NCBI RefSeq assembly: GCF_009914755.1
Contig: NC_060926.1
Strand: one strand, 5' to 3'
From: the human T2T-CHM13v2.0 reference genome, Homo sapiens
Length of the DNA: 64,000 nucleotides
Numbering within the stretch: position 1 is the stretch's first letter; the number at the start of each line of letters is the position of its first letter. Of the stretch, positions 1 to 21,574 are shown piece by piece. The notes beneath the pieces are model-generated. The model saw only the letters and a list, made by a program, of their open reading frames with translations. It was not told the DNA's origin and did no database searches. The translations under genes were made by a program, and so were the position numbers.

Positions 1-35
1 ATAACCCTTAAATATGTTTTATTCTGGCTCAATTC

Positions 36-336
<301 letters not shown>

Positions 337-1607
337 TCAATTCTTTTGGCACAAATATTTTTTGTCCCACAGGCTTCTTCCCACCAAATTTAAGCCATGG
401 TGTTTTCAAGTTTGTATTTTTAGTTTTATTTGCTTGTTTTGTTTTTTACTTTTTTGGAAAGGGGAGTGTGGGCTTACCTCTGTGAAATGAGATCAGTCTA
501 TTTGTAGTTTTACCTAGTAAGCTTCATAGTTGACATCATTATATTGAGTTTCCCTAGGCCACCCTGAGCTTCAGAGCTGACCATCCTATCTCATTCCTCT
601 TGGTTTTTCAGGCTCTGATGTTAAGTCCCTCCCACTTCAAATTTGAGCTTTCATAATGCCTCAGTTCGAAAGAAGCAGAAGAAAGTGTTGCCATATTTAT
701 CTGGGTGAGGATCAAGACTTTACATCCATCATTCATAGTACAAAGCAACACTTTAAATAATGTGGACATGTTTCACTCAAATTAAATATAAGCAGTTTTA
801 GCAACATGCCAATATAGTCAAAATAAATAACTATCAAGTTAACCAAAATGTTCTGCTTTAGATTTTCCCAGCACAAAGATCAATATGTATGCATTGGTGG
901 ATGTTAGGGTTTTTTTGGTGTAGGTTTTTGTTTGTTTCTTTGTTTTTATTTTTTACAGATTTTCATCCTACTTTACACTGATGTAAATCTAACTACCCAA
1001 GGCTTACCAGAAGCTTTATTTTACATTATTTCTACCAAAAATTCATATCCTCAAATATTAAAAGTGGCATTCTGTATTACCATTTTTCAAGTAATGTAGT
1101 CTGCATTTATTAGTACATTTCAATATATGTTTTTTACATGGGGTAAGGTTATAAAAATGCCATGCAGTTGATTTTCTAGGTAACAATGGAATCTGTTTTC
1201 TCAAACAGTAGCATGAGAATTCTTGACATAACACCTTCAGAGGTACTGAAAACAACTACATAATTTTGCTGAAATTTGGATTTTTTCATAATTTCTTCAG
1301 AGGCTGAGTCATGGCAACATATGACAGCTGAATTTATTCTTCTTGTCTAAATGTTGTGGAGCCACATCCACCTGTGCAAATAACACTAACTGGGTAAAAT
1401 ATTTTTTATACTAAGCCAGAAATCATTATACCTGGTGGTTTTATTTTAAATATATGAACAGTATTCTATAACATTCAAATAAGTAATAGAAATTTAATTC
1501 TATATATATGGAAAGAAAATTTATACAGGCACACTGAGAATAAATTGGAATCTGGAACTGAACGCTGATTAGCATGGCCTACAAAATCATAAGCAAGTTA
1601 ATTACTT

Positions 1608-3159
1608 CTAAGATACAATGAGGGTACAGGCATTGGATGAGGATGCTCCTTTTCCAAATAGGAGAATTGGACAAAACAAAGGGGCTAAAGGCCCCATGCA
1701 AGTCTGGAATCCAGCAGGGTAGTCATTGAATTTTAAAGCTCCAAAATAATCTCCTTTGACTCTATGTCTCACATTCAGGTCACACTGGTGCAAGAAGTAG
1801 GCTCCCATAGTCTTGGGCAGTTCTGCCCCTGTGCCTTTGCAGGGTACAGCCCCATTCCAAGCTGCTTTCATGGGCTGGCGTTGAATGTCTGCAGCTTTTC
1901 CAGATGTACAGTGCAAGCTGTTGGTTAATCTGCCATTCTGGGATCTGGAGAACAGTGGCTCTCTTCTCACAGCTCCACTAGGCAGTGTCCCATTGGGGAC
2001 TGTGTGTGAAGGCTCTGACCTCACATTTCTTTTCTGCACTGCCCTAACAGAGGTGCTCCATGAGGGCTCCACCCCTGCAGCAAACTTCTGCCTGTATATC
2101 CAGGCTTTTCCTTACATCTTCTGAAATCTAGGTGGAGGTTCCCAAACCCCAATTCTTGACTTCTGTGCACTCACAGGCTCAATGCCACATGGAAGCCAAC
2201 AAAGCTTGGGGCTTGTACCTACAGAAGCAATGGTCTGAAGTGTACCTTGGCCCCATTTAGCCACAGATGTAGTGGCTGGGACACAGGGCACCAAGTACCA
2301 AGGCTGCACAAAGCAGCAAGGCCTGGACCCCGCACACAAAGCCATTTTTTCCTCTTAGGCCTCCTGGTCTGTGATGTGAAAGGCTTCTGTGAAGGTCTCT
2401 GACATGCCCTGGAGAGATTTTCCCCATTGTCTTGGTGATTAACATTAGGCTCCCTGTTGCTTATGCAAATTTTTGCAGCTGGCTTGAATTTTTCCCCAAA
2501 TAATGGGTTTTTCTTTTCTATAGCATTATCATGCTGCAAATTTTTCCAAACTTTTATGCTCTGCTTCCCTTTTAAATGTAAGTTTCAATTTCAGATCATC
2601 TAAATTCAAAGTTCCACAGCTCTTTAGGGCAGGGGGAAAATGCTGCCAGTCTCTGCTTAAGCATAGCAAGAGTGACTTTTGCTCTAGTTCCTAACAGGTT
2701 TCTCATCTCCATCTCCAGACCCAAAGTCGCTTTTACATTGCTGGGTATCTTTATAGCAGTACCCAACTCTACCAGTACGAATTTACTGTATTAGTCCATT
2801 CTCACACTGCAATAAAAATCTTCCCAAGACTGGGTAACTTATAAAGCAAAAAGGTTAAATTGACTCACAGTTACTCATAGCTCGGGAGGCCTCAGGAAAC
2901 TTACAATCATGGCAAAAGGCAAAGGAGAAGCAAACTGGACCTTCTTACATGACAGCAGGAGAAAGAACATGTGTGTGTGTGCAGAAAAAACTACCATTTA
3001 TAAAACCATCAGAATTCATGAGAATTTACTCAGTATCACAAGAACAGCATGGGGGAAAACACCCCCCATGACCCAATCACTTCCCACCAGGTGTCTCCCT
3101 TAACACCTGGGGATTACAATTCAAGATGAGATGGGGGTACACAAAGCCTAACCATATCT
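1608..3159 (-). mobile_element. MaLR (THE1D/MSTA-like): 5' LTR 2787-3159 plus truncated internal sequence 1608-2786
   Basis: LTR tgtattagtccattctcacactgc...cctaaccatatc; typical THE1/MST internal sequence. Confidence 0.85.
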
Positions 3160-3666
3160 ATCATAAAGACATAGTCCCAATTCCCTGATATCCCTGCTTC
3201 CTGACCCCTGTGTGAGACAGGCTATGTGTGTCCCAGAATGGCCTGTTTCTCTTGATTTGAGGGCAGTGTTTTAAGCACCTTTCAGCAGAATTCACCTTCT
3301 CTTTATGAATTAAGTCCTAGGCACAATTCACAATGCCAGCTCTCAATAAATTTGTTACTGTAATTTTTTTTCAGAAATGATATCGGAGCGGAAACACAAA
3401 GCAAAAGAAACCAAAAGATAGGTAATGCTGAATGGTTGGAGAGTATATTTACGAAGGGGCTATGCTTCACAAAAGCATCTTTGCTATGATTCAAGGGAGA
3501 AATCGTTAAACACCAACCCCATCATATCCACATAAATCCAGCAATTTAGAGACTGTTGGTCTTTTTTCTTTTCTGCATTATGTTTCTGCTCTCAGTAAAG
3601 CAAGGTTTTAATTGTAATATTGAAGCATTGGAAATTTAACACTAAGATACTTTCAAAACTAAGTGC

Positions 3667-3985
3667 TTTTTTTGTTTGTTTTTTTGTTTTTGTTTTTTTT
3701 GACAGAGTCTCACTCTGTCACCCAGGCTAGAGTGCAGTGGCGTGATCTCGGCTTGCTGCAATCTCTGCCTCCCAGGTTCATACCATTCTCCTGCCTCAGC
3801 CTCCTGAGTAGCTGGGACTACAGGTGAACGCCACCACACCTGGCTAATTTTTTTTTTTTTGTACTTTTAGTAGAGATGGGGTTTCAACATGTTAGCCAGG
3901 ATGGTCTCGATCTCCTGGCCCTGTGGTCTGCCCGCCTTGGCCTCCCACAGTGCTGGGATTACAGACTTGAGCCACCGCGCCCGGA
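3667..3985 (-). mobile_element. AluY-like element
   Basis: Full dimer; TSD caaaactaagt. Confidence 0.9.
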
Positions 3986-4780
3986 CAAAACTAAGTTTTA
4001 ATTATAATAGGGAAACTAATGCAAGGCCAGAAATTATTGACTTTGTTCACAGAATGCTAATTTTCCCCACACAAAATATGCAGAGCTATGTTTCATTAAT
4101 ATGCAGAGCTATGTTTTATTACCAAAACACACTATTCCAAATGCGCAAAAGGAAAAAAGATATTTGTACTCTGTGCTAAAACAGATTCATTTGTGGTATT
4201 TAAATGACAAAACTGGAATTGTTTCAACCCGGAAATCATTGGTTAAAATTTCCATGGTTAAAGGTTTGCTCAAGCAAATCTTAAAACACAGGTATGTATT
4301 TCAGAAGATCAACCAAATTCAAGAGTTTGGATCCCATTTTGGGTACCTTATAAGTAGAAATTTCAAAATCTTCCTCAAAAACATCTGCATTTGTTTTCCA
4401 GATTCTTGCAACCCAAAACAAAACTTCACAGAAACTCTCCACAAGAGTTGGTAGACAGCTAAACCTTCTCCAAATTGAGTTATGGACAATAAGGTCTTGA
4501 TTATAGCAGAACTGGAAGGTCTATTTACAAGCCTACACACAGTGCTATGTAAGTTGGCTGCTGGGGCACATTGATTGGCAGGGAAAGGCCAGGGAGGCAG
4601 TTGAATTCCTGGCATTTTTCAAAGCTTTGTTTCCTAGTTTCATTATTCCTAGAATTTTGAAGCTTATTAAGACATTCCCTATCCTATGTCATACTCTAGA
4701 GCGCTCTAGTCAGAATCCTGATAGAATAAACTCTTTTTTTGTTTTTTAAAGTGTACATTTCAATGATTTTTAATAATTTT

Positions 4781-7414
<2,634 letters not shown>

Positions 7415-8228
7415 TTATGTCCAATCAAAAATTTTTATCCAGAATATATGAAGATTTGTAGGAGATTTTTATATATTCTGGATATAAATTTTTGATTGGA
7501 CATAAACATTGCAGATATCTTCTCCCACTTTAACTTGTCTTTTCTTTCTCTTAATGGTGAATTTGTTAATACCAATTTCTAATTTTAATGTAGTTCAAGT
7601 TATCAGACTTTTTCTGTGTAGTTAATGCTTATTTAGTCTTGCTTAAGAAATTTTTGTCTTCCCCATTGTCATAAAGGTATTCTTCTATGTTACAGAAGCT
7701 TTTCTTTTTGAATTTTTAACCTTTCAGATTGAGCTTTATAACCCACCTACGATTGACTTTTGTTTGTGAAGTAAGATAAGGGCTAAATTCTTTTATTCCC
7801 CCATTTTGATATCCAAATTATCTACCACCATTTATTGAGAAGATTATTATTTCCTCACTGCACTGCATTTTCACCTTTGTCATAAATCAGGTGATGGTAT
7901 AAGTATGAATTTGTTTTTGGTTTCTCTATTTGTATGTCCTGCTAATACCATCTTATTTTAATTGTAATAAAGTTGGAAACATCTGATGGTATACATTCTT
8001 GAGCTCTGTTCTTCTTCAGAACTTTCTTGGTTCTTCTTGTCCTTTTAAATTTTCAAAAAAAATTTAAATTAGCTTGTCAATTTTCAAATTACCTGATAGG
8101 ATTTTGAGTAGGATTGCATTCAACCATAATTTAATGAGTAGAAATGACTTATTCACAATATAAAATCTTTCTATTCACAAACATTGTGTGTCTTTTTTAT
8201 GTATACAATATTTATATCTGTTTTAAAA

Positions 8229-9886
<1,658 letters not shown>

Positions 9887-10022
9887 TGCAACACTTTTTT
9901 TAAAGGCATGCTTCAATAAGGAAACACTTCCATTTAGTCAGGAGACTATCTCTTTGAGTCTAACATAGATTACAGCCTTGACATGAATAAGATTCTTCTT
10001 TTATGTACTCAATAAATGTTTA

Positions 10023-10367
<345 letters not shown>

Positions 10368-10929
10368 TCACATTCAGGGTGTCAGTGACTGCAACTTTAG
10401 ATAGGGAGCTCTGGAACAATCTTTTTGAGGAGATGACACTTGAGCAGGTCAGAATGGTATGACAGAGTAAGTTAAGCGAATGTCTAGAGGACAGAGAGAA
10501 GAGACACTGTGCAGAGTCTGAATACAGACAGCACTTGATGAGCTCAAGGATCACTACAAAGTCCAGTCAGGCTGCAGGCACTGGGAGGAGGAAAGGAGAA
10601 TGCACAGTCTGAGGAGCAGATAAACACAGACCATAGTAAAGAGCTTGGATTTCTTTGTTAATTGTGATAGGTAACCACTGGAGGATTCGGAGCTGGGAAT
10701 GAAATGGTATACGATATGTTCTTACAGGAATAGTCCAGCTTTGTGGGAGAATAGGTTACAGATTACCATAAATAGAATAATAATAAATGTAAAGGCAGCT
10801 TAGGAATGATTATATCTGTCCAGGGGTTGATACTGGTGGTGTTAGAACTGTGAGGTCCAGTATGATAGCCACCAGCTGCATTTAGTTTTTTACATTTAAA
10901 TTAATTAAAATACCATAAAATTTATTCCT

Positions 10930-12330
<1,401 letters not shown>

Positions 12331-12465
12331 GTTTGTACCTAAATATTATAGAGGCATTATCATAATTCTGAATAATACATACTAAATCGAAGGGATATTA
12401 AAAGTAATATTGATGAAATAAAGTTGTTGTTAGAAATATAAAATTTTTACCAGCGATTGATTGAG

Positions 12466-12648
12466 CTGATTCAAATTACTTCTTACAGTCTTCAATTCCA
12501 TATTTTGTATATTCGGAGAGTGAGTTCAAGTTGCTTCACTTCTAACTTTTTCTTTTGTTGCTCTTCGATTTTTCCTAATTCTTCCCTAATTTTTTCATTT
12601 AATATATTGGCATTTCTTCTCTTCTCTTCTTCTTGGTTTAAAGTCAAT
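12466..12648 (-). pseudogene. Stranded ANKRD30 coiled-coil exon (RLTLNQEEEKRRNANILNEKIREELGKIEEQ...NLNQ)
   Basis: ggtag| acceptor; frameshift near 12500; donor position reads ctcaat with no GT. Confidence 0.85.
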
Positions 12649-13913
12649 CTACCATTAAATATACTTATCTTAAAATTCATTTTGTTAGAAAATAGAATTC
12701 ACTTTGAGATCTACTTCTTCCCATATTGGTTTATTATTCCAATAAAATTCCTATATTCTTGAATATGTTTTTTCTTTCTAGTTCTGAGGTATTTAATTTA
12801 TTACTGAACTCTCTTCCAAATGATACACATACTTGAAAAATAATGAGAAAGAACATCTTCTAGTTAGAAAGATTCTGTTACTAGTAACTTCAACAACAGT
12901 TATGGAAAAGAATACTGGAAGTTATCCAGTAAAATTATAAGATGAAAATTACTATTTTAAAAATATAACAGTCAAAATTACTCCTCAATAAGGACAGATC
13001 ATTAAGAGTTAACTAATTAAAATGACATTACTTTTTATAAGCAAGTTTACATATTCATTAGACATAAATATTCATCTTTATAAAATAAGGCAAGTATCCT
13101 TAAAAATAATTATAATATTAAAATCTGAGACTAGGCTGAAAAATCTAATATCTGTTATCCCATATATGTTTTGTTTCTTTTTTTAGTAATACTTTAAATG
13201 TATCTTGTTGATTATTATATATTTTATCAACAAATTTTAAATCTCTTTTAGAATAACACAGAATATATTTAATTAAAATATAAAAATAACAAGTATTTTT
13301 AACATAGAACTCTGAATTAATTTTATTTATGTAGGAGAGAGAGAGATGTTGAATATACTAGTCATAAATTACTCTATATTTTTCTTTTTACTCCATGCAT
13401 ATTAAGATTACAAGTGTATAATTAAAGGAAAATGATTATTGGGGGTAGAGGAATGGCCGTTTCACTCTCTCTTTGTTGAACTATAAATAAATATAAATTT
13501 TCTTGAGAACAATTTAGAAATAATGAACAAAGAACTTCTTAAAAACTTCCTATAATTTAACCAAATATTTTTATAGTGAAGAATTTATTCCAAGTCAATA
13601 ATTAGAATGATAGAAAAAGATTTACATGCAGTTATGCCTTGCAGCACTTATTATAACACAAAAAAATTAAATATAAAAAAATTAATTTGTTAAGTAAATA
13701 ATTGGGTTTCCAAATAATGGCCTTCTATGCAGCCATTAAAATTGTGATTTAAATAAATATGCATTTAATTATCAGGAGATGTATTCACAGTTAAGAACTT
13801 GTATTATTTAAATGAATTTGACACTCTACAAGACAGAGATTTCTTTCTCCAGTTAAACCTCAGAAGGTATGTCAGCTAGTACAAAAAGTATCCTATATAC
13901 TAGTATGTCATAC

Positions 13914-14443
<530 letters not shown>

Positions 14444-17400
14444 CTGTCTCAAGGAGGAGATAGAAATAAAATATATTAGTACTTTTGGGATATAAAGAAC
14501 TGCATATTTTAACGATCACTAATTCATACACTGATCAAATATATATTGATTGCCTGCCACGTGGAAGGCATTATACTAAGCTCTGCAGATTAAACAGAAA
14601 AAAACAAAAACCTCTGCCTTTGTTTAACTTAAAATGTGCTAAAAGACAAAGCCCCAGAAAAGTGACAGTTATAAATTCAGATAGATACTGTAAGAAAACA
14701 GATTGCTAAGATTTAGATCTATACTAGGCTCATGGAAAATTCCCCCGAGGAATGTATAGCTACACTAAGGAATGAAGAATGAAAAGGAAGCAGTTGAGCG
14801 AACAGGGAAGGAAAACATTTTAGCCAGTCTGTGGCATGTGCTGAAACTCTAGTGTAGTCCTCCTCTAGCCAAGGGAGAGCAACAGGTATGATTTTTCTTC
14901 TTAGCTAAAATAACTAAAATCAAAACACACAAAATACATTAAACAACTTTTCAGACACTGGACATTAGGCAAAGAAGATAATAATCCCTGAAAAACAGAA
15001 AATAAAAAAAGGGAAGAAAGCAAACCTTATGAATGTTTCAGCTTCCTGTCTTGGCAGAGACTCCGAGACATGACACAGGAAGAAAAAACTGAGGTGGGAT
15101 CTACCAGACTCTCTTGGTTACATTGATGAAGCTTAGAGTCTGGTAAAACCAAAGCAGGCAGATATTACAGAACAAACACTGAGGAGGAGAGAGAGATACA
15201 GAAGCAACGGCAAGAAACCCCCTGTCAGTATTTAGCAAAATTTTGAAAATTGCATGTGAGCTAGAAAACTACCTAAGAACAAACAGGGTGGGGGTGGGGG
15301 GTGGCTTATAAAATTAGAGGAAATCACACCTGGTGTTCACACAGTGCCAAGAAGAGTGTCTGTTTTTATAGATTTGCCTGGGAAAACTCAGACTTCACAG
15401 GAAAATGAATACTCAGAAAGGCCTTGCCTCAGGTATGGGGAGTTAGCTCATACCATAAAAAGAAAAATGAAAAGGATCAAGCTGTTTATAAGTAACTCAA
15501 CTCTATTCTACTATAAAAATCAAGAAGATAAATAAAGCAACAGAAGATACTTTTAAAAACCAAATTGCACTTGTAGAGATACAAATTACAATGCTGGAGA
15601 TGAAAGCTGCACTGAGTAGATATGAGCATAGATTAATTCGCCATCATGAAAGAAAAGATTCACAAATTTGAGACACTAGTGAACTATGAGCAAACTTCCA
15701 GCAGGTAGTATAGAAGTCCCCAAAGAGGTAGGAGGAGAGGCAGAATCAAAAATTTGAGGAAAAATTGGCTAAATATGTTCTAAATTTAACAAAAGCCATA
15801 ATCCCACAGATCTAAGCTGGGATCTGGTTGATAGAAAAGAAATGAAAATATGATTGTAATTTCTCATACCATCTATGATATGATATAATATTACTTGAAG
15901 GTGGATTGTGATGAGGTAAATTCATACATTATAAATCCTAAAGCAACTGCTAAGACAGCAAAGAGTTATACCTAATACCAAATAAACTTATACCAAAAAA
16001 GATATGACTAAATCATAAAGAAATGTAAAACTAGATTAATAACTAAAAATGTTATGCATATACAGATATGTAACTAAATCATAAAAATTACTAAACTAGT
16101 CTGAAGGAAGCAGAAAAAGGAAAAAAGCAAAGCAAAGAAGATCTGAGACTAATAGAAATCAGACAACTCTAATCATATCAATAATTACATTATAAATTAA
16201 ACTGGTCTAAAAACCTCTGCTCAAAGGCAGATTATCAGAATGGATAAAAGAGCAAGTCTTATCTGTATAATGAGTATGAGAAATAAACTTTAAATATAAA
16301 GACAAAAATTGGTTAAAAGATGAAACAAGATACACCACACTAACACTTTACAAAAGAAGGCTGAGGAAGAGTGGTTGTATTAATACCAAAGTACATTTCA
16401 TAGCAAAAATATTACCAGCAATAAACAAGGTCACTTTATAGTGACAAATGGTTCAATTAATCAAGAAAACATAACAGTCTTAAATATTTATGAACATAAC
16501 ATAAATGCTTCAAAATACATGATACAAAAATTGATAAACTGCAAAAGAAATGGACAAATTCCCAAGTATAGCCTAAAATTTCTAAACCCCTTACTCAAGT
16601 GGTATAATAAGGAGGCAGAAAATTCTGGGAGAATGTTGGCATGTGTACTCACCAGTCTAGACATTTTCCCACTACCTCTGTATGTATGCTGCTTTAGTTA
16701 CAAAAAGTTAGGTAGGATCTTGGGAGATTTCTTCTTGGATACCAGAATTATCAACCACATCAACAGTATACCTAACAACTAAAATAATTCTTTTGAGCAG
16801 ATTACCACTGAAGAACTTGTAAGTTAAATCCAGTAGCCTTTTGAGTAATTTTACTGCTTGAAATTCTCACATTTAAAAGAAATTTGCAACATCACTTTCT
16901 CAGACTCCTCTCCTACGTTTCTTTAACCACTGCTCAGTCTCCTTTACCAAGTCCTTTGACTCTTGTGAAATGTTGATATTCCCAGGGTTTTGTCAATGGC
17001 TTTCTTTTTATTCTACATCTTCTGCCTCATGGATAAGCTCATTGAGATCTATGGCTTTGCCTAATAATTATACTAAAAGTATTCTGAGCCTGCATCTTCA
17101 ACCAGAGTTCTATCTCCAGCTAGAAATGCATATAATCAAATTACCTACTGAAAGTATCCCTCATGAATGTTTCATTGAACTCAATATGTAAAGAAACTGT
17201 TGGTGTGTCCCATGACTGTTTGCACTTCTCTGTTAACCTGACAAATACCTACTCCTTCCCCATGAGCATTGTAAATGCTTGTGCGCAATCTGAAAACTTA
17301 TGAATGACCTGAGATTTTATCTGTCCCCTAGCTTTTTAAACTCAATTATCACTAAGCCATATTAACTGCACCTCTTTTCTGCCTTTGCTTTATCTTTCCA

Positions 17401-17754
17401 GTGCCACTGGAAATACAAACTTATTTATTTTATATTTATATTTCCTCGTTAAACGTGGCCCCTTAACTGATGGCTTTCACAGGGAAAAAGAAACCCTACA
17501 AATTACTGTTCCTATTTTTTAAGTTAAAAAAGTTAATCAAAATACAATAATGCCAAAGAAGGACCTACATGTTTAAATGTGTAAATTGAGCTTCTGAACT
17601 TGATTCATTTTACCCTTGATGGATCAAACTTTCATAATAGATTTATACTAGGCCACAGATTGGTTACAAAAAAAAAAGACTATCACGTGAACTACTACAA
17701 AAGCTTAATCTTTCAATCTTTTTACGTAATTATCCTCCATCTATCTTCTATATG

Positions 17755-17967
17755 AAGGGCCAGAAACTATAGGCCACAGGCCAAATTCAGCTTTCTAAAT
17801 GGTTTTTTATACAAACTTTTATTGGAGTACAATCATGCCTCTTTGCCCATACATTATCTATGACTCCTTTCACTCTACAATGGCAGAGTTGAATAGCTGT
17901 AATAGAGACCACATGGCCCAACATATTCGCTATCTGGCACTTTACAGGAAAAGTTTGCCAATCTCTG
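17755..17967. mobile_element. MER58A-like DNA transposon
   Basis: ggccaaattcagc...tttacaggaaaagtttgccaatctctg matches MER58 as recalled. Confidence 0.7.
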
Positions 17968-18729
17968 CTTTATACCATGACCAGAATGCCCTGATACTCA
18001 AATCTAATCTTGTGACTCCCCTACTCAAACTTTTCCACTGAATTCCTGCAGAAAACATTGCTGGCTTCCTATGCATAGTCATTATTTATTCTTTATTGCT
18101 GCAGAAACACATGTTCACTTAGATATTTATTATTCCATTACCCCTATCCAATCTTAAAAGAAAAATCAGTATTGTAAGCTAATCACAGTAATTACATTTG
18201 CTTTCCTAGTGATTGGTATAGAAATTAGCATGTGGTATAATCCAGACAATAAAATGTTACAGGAAGATTACTGAAAGCTTCCGAGTTTTCTTCCTATTTA
18301 AAAAAAATGTGAACAAAAGCAGCCCTCCCAGCCTTCAGATATTGTCTTGAGATAGCATGATGATTGGAGCTGTTGCTAATTAGCCAACCAAGAAAGGAGA
18401 CATGAACAAAACACTGCCAATAGCACAACTAATAATGGGGGGCGGGGAGTGAGATCCTATAACATCTCTGTACCACCAAAACAACTTTAGTTTCTATGGT
18501 TTTAGCAATTGTTAGTTAGTTCATCTAATATTTACAGCCAGAACTATTTTGGGAATTTTTCCAGGGCTTACAGAATAAGATCTACTCATTTCTACACTAT
18601 GAAAATGTGTTGCCTAAGCTTGCCTTATCTAGACACTCAAGCCATTCCCGAATACTCCCATACCACACTATTTCCATTAGGGAACCCAAAGTGCCAATAA
18701 ACTCTACAAAGTTCACTCAAGCATCTTAC

Positions 18730-19040
18730 CATTTGTACTTGCTTTTGTAGCTGTTTTTTTTATAGGACATGTGATCATCTTAGATGTTCCTTCTTCCAAA
18801 ACTTCAATTTTATTAGATGTTACTCCTGCCACTCATTCAGTCTTTACAGATGTTTCTTTTTCCTTCCATGTGGTCTTTGTAGGTCTTTCTCGTGGCCATG
18901 CAAATTTCTCAGATGTTTCGTTCACAGGCCTTGTAATTTTCCTAGGTGTTTCTCCTGCTGACTGTTCAATCTTTCCAGATATTGCTTTCCCCAAACATTG
19001 AACTTCGTCAGATGTTCCCTCTACCAAGGGTGCAGCTTCA
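18730..19040 (-). pseudogene. 3' remainder of ANKRD30-type exon 7, cut off by the provirus
   Basis: Reads EAAPLVEGTSDEVQCLGK...KETSVKTE*VAGVTSNK...KASTN, with an in-frame TGA at 18833-18835 and donor G|gtaaga at 18729. Confidence 0.9.
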
Positions 19041-19647
19041 TGTTGGAAATAACTTTTTGGTGACACAAAGAAGAGTTAGCACTCCAGCCACAGGTTAACA
19101 CTCCAGCAAGGCAAATTTACTTCTATAGAAGGCTGAGTCTTGCGGATGGAGCAATGGCAAGAGCACACTGGATAAGGGAGGGGAAAGGGTTCTTATTCCT
19201 AATGCAGCTAGTCCCTACTTTTGTGTCTTTCCCCTACTGGCTAGGGTTGGACCACACACTATAAGCTAATTTTGACTGGCTACTTCAAAGAGGACAGGGG
19301 TGCAAGCCAGAGTGGCGGGGTGGGTAGTTTCTGCAGGAAGGACAGTTACAGAGCAGGCGACTAAGGATGACTAAGGACAGAGCAGGTGACTAAGAATGAC
19401 TAAGGACAGAGTAGGTGATAGGGACTAGGAGGGGGTCGTTTACTGAAACTAGGGGCAAGGAGGCATAAATAATGAGGAAGTTAAACTTTAAAATGGAGAA
19501 CAAAGAACAGAGAAGCTGAACATACTGACATATTAGTTCTTTGAAGAGGAACTCAGAACTCACTGTACTTAACAATCTTCCCTCTCTTGAATTTTAAAGG
19601 ACGTTAACAGGCTAAAACCTTTGAAGAGGAATTCACTGTATTCTACA
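19041..19647 (-). mobile_element. 3' LTR (LTR10 family)
   Basis: TG...CA termini; preceded by the polypurine tract. Confidence 0.9.
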
Positions 19648-19690
19648 ATTCCCTCTTTCAATTTTTATAGCCCTTCCTCTTCAAACCTTT

Positions 19691-21574
19691 TTAACATGTC
19701 TTGGCTTTTTTTTTTTTTTCAACTTGATCCTCTAAAAAGAAAAGCCTATCTGAATAAGGTGGAGGACAGCTAAGGGAGGTTTTAGAAAGTGTTGTTTCTA
19801 TAAGCCTTTGCACTAGCCCATGGATGCACGGTATGACACAACACCCAACAAGAATGAGTACAGCCGTTACTGCTGTAAGAGAAGTAAGAATTGAGGCTAT
19901 GATTTCTTTCCATTTACTGAAACACCTTTCTAGCCATCTGAAGAAAGGGTTATTGGCCCCAGAGTTTTTAGCTAATTCATTGGATAAAGTGGTAAATCCT
20001 TGTAGGGCCCTTGTTATGCTCCCATTGGGGGCAGTGTTGTTTGCCCCCAATGGATAAAGGTATATCACTGAGTTTTAATCATAACACAAACACCACCTTT
20101 TTCAGCTAATATCATATCCAGGGCCATTCTGTTTTCCCAGGCCATCTGGCTAGTTGGCCTCAATTGTTCTGCTATTCCTTTGACAACATCCCTGGTGGAA
20201 TTAATAAACCACTGTTGATTATTATAGATGTAATTCACCAAATCTACATTTTTATTGTCATCCACCAAAATATTGATTCAAATCCTGTAGCTATTTGATC
20301 TTAGGCTTAAATGTATCTGGTACTCCTCATGGGATTCCAATAGCATCTAAATAAATGTGGGAGTCAAAAGACCTGTAAGGGACTTCCCTTGCTTTACGAT
20401 GTTGTGTTTTCCCTTTTTCTGGTTGATGAAATGCCAGAGTGAAAAGTATAGCCAACTGGACTAGAGCATGAGGGCTGCTCCAGTTACTTGGCAGAGTGTC
20501 CAGTAAAGGTCCACCACAATACCACCATACATCTGCTCAGGGATGTATAAGGGATGACTGATTGGTAAGCTCTTGGAAAGTCTTAAGCTTACTGCATCCT
20601 TTTAGGTCTCCAAACAATGCTAAGTTTCCTCCTTTTTGTGAGAGACATGAAGTGAACTTAGTGTCGGGAGACGGAAGCTGGATGGCCCTTGGAGGCTGAC
20701 CTGCAGGGTGTTGAACTTTGGGATATAGCAGAGAGGGAGATTGACATGACTTGTTACCCCAGACTGTGGAACCCTGGAAAAGAGCTACCATACAGCCCAT
20801 GCCTGGTCGACTGAAGGACCATCCTAGTGGAAAGGGGACAATCTGGGCCTCTGGTGTGCTGTGTGCACAAGCGTAACAATTGCTTTTGTTTAAAGTGCGA
20901 ACGCAGTATTTGACGCATTCCAACCAGGCATTCACATCTTGATATGCTGTCTCAGTTGCCAAAGTTTGTTTTAGGTCTTTAACTTCTACAATAGCTACCT
21001 TGGTCTTCTCTTTAGATGGAGGAGGAACAACAGTTTCATTGTGAGAGTTTTTGGAAGAAGACTTAGGGGAAGCTGTAGGCAGTAGGGGAGCAATGAAGCA
21101 TATTCCAAAAGATCCAATAGGGTCTGTTTCTGAAAACTCAGCCCCCATATCATAAAACCAGCTTAAAGAAGGGAATTGGCTTAGAGAAGGGGAAGAACTT
21201 TGAGGGTTTGAAATAATAACCTGTATTGGATTGCAGTAGTTTACCTGAAAGTTAGGGGGAGCTATATCTTTAGTAAAATGAATGTATGGTTTTAGGAATT
21301 ACAACTACTGGTTGGGGCAGTCCATCCTTGCTCTCACTTGCAAGCAGTTGGACCAACTATGTCATAAATGCTGTGTGTCAAGGGGGCAAGACTCCCAGTT
21401 GACACTGGGGTCTTCATTGAAACTTTCTCAGACTAAATGATCCAAATTCACTAATGTCCAGTCTGAGGAGAACCAGGAAGTACAGAGGTACCTTTCTGAA
21501 GTGGAGAGCTGCCTTCAACTTGACAAGTCTCCACAAGGTATAACAAGGCATGCATCAAATGTAATAGTTTGAGG
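19691..21574 (-). pseudogene. ERV env remnant (N-terminus deleted)
   Basis: Furin-like RKAR (~20390), YLDAIGIP*GVPD, immunosuppressive domain WENRMALDMILAEKGGVC, TM segment ILVGCCVIPCI. Confidence 0.85.

Noticed and set aside
1608-2539. Cluster of ORFs of 60-154 aa
   Set aside because: Decayed MaLR internal sequence.
4075-4120. 23-bp tandem duplication (a ~60-bp one also occurs at 28414-28535)
   Set aside because: Ordinary slippage duplications with no functional context.
4101-4615. 117-aa and 98-aa non-repeat ORFs
   Set aside because: No recognisable homology or convincing exon structure; chance lengths.
19691-21148. Env ORFs as a domesticated syncytin-like gene
   Set aside because: N-terminus deleted; multiple stops and frameshifts.
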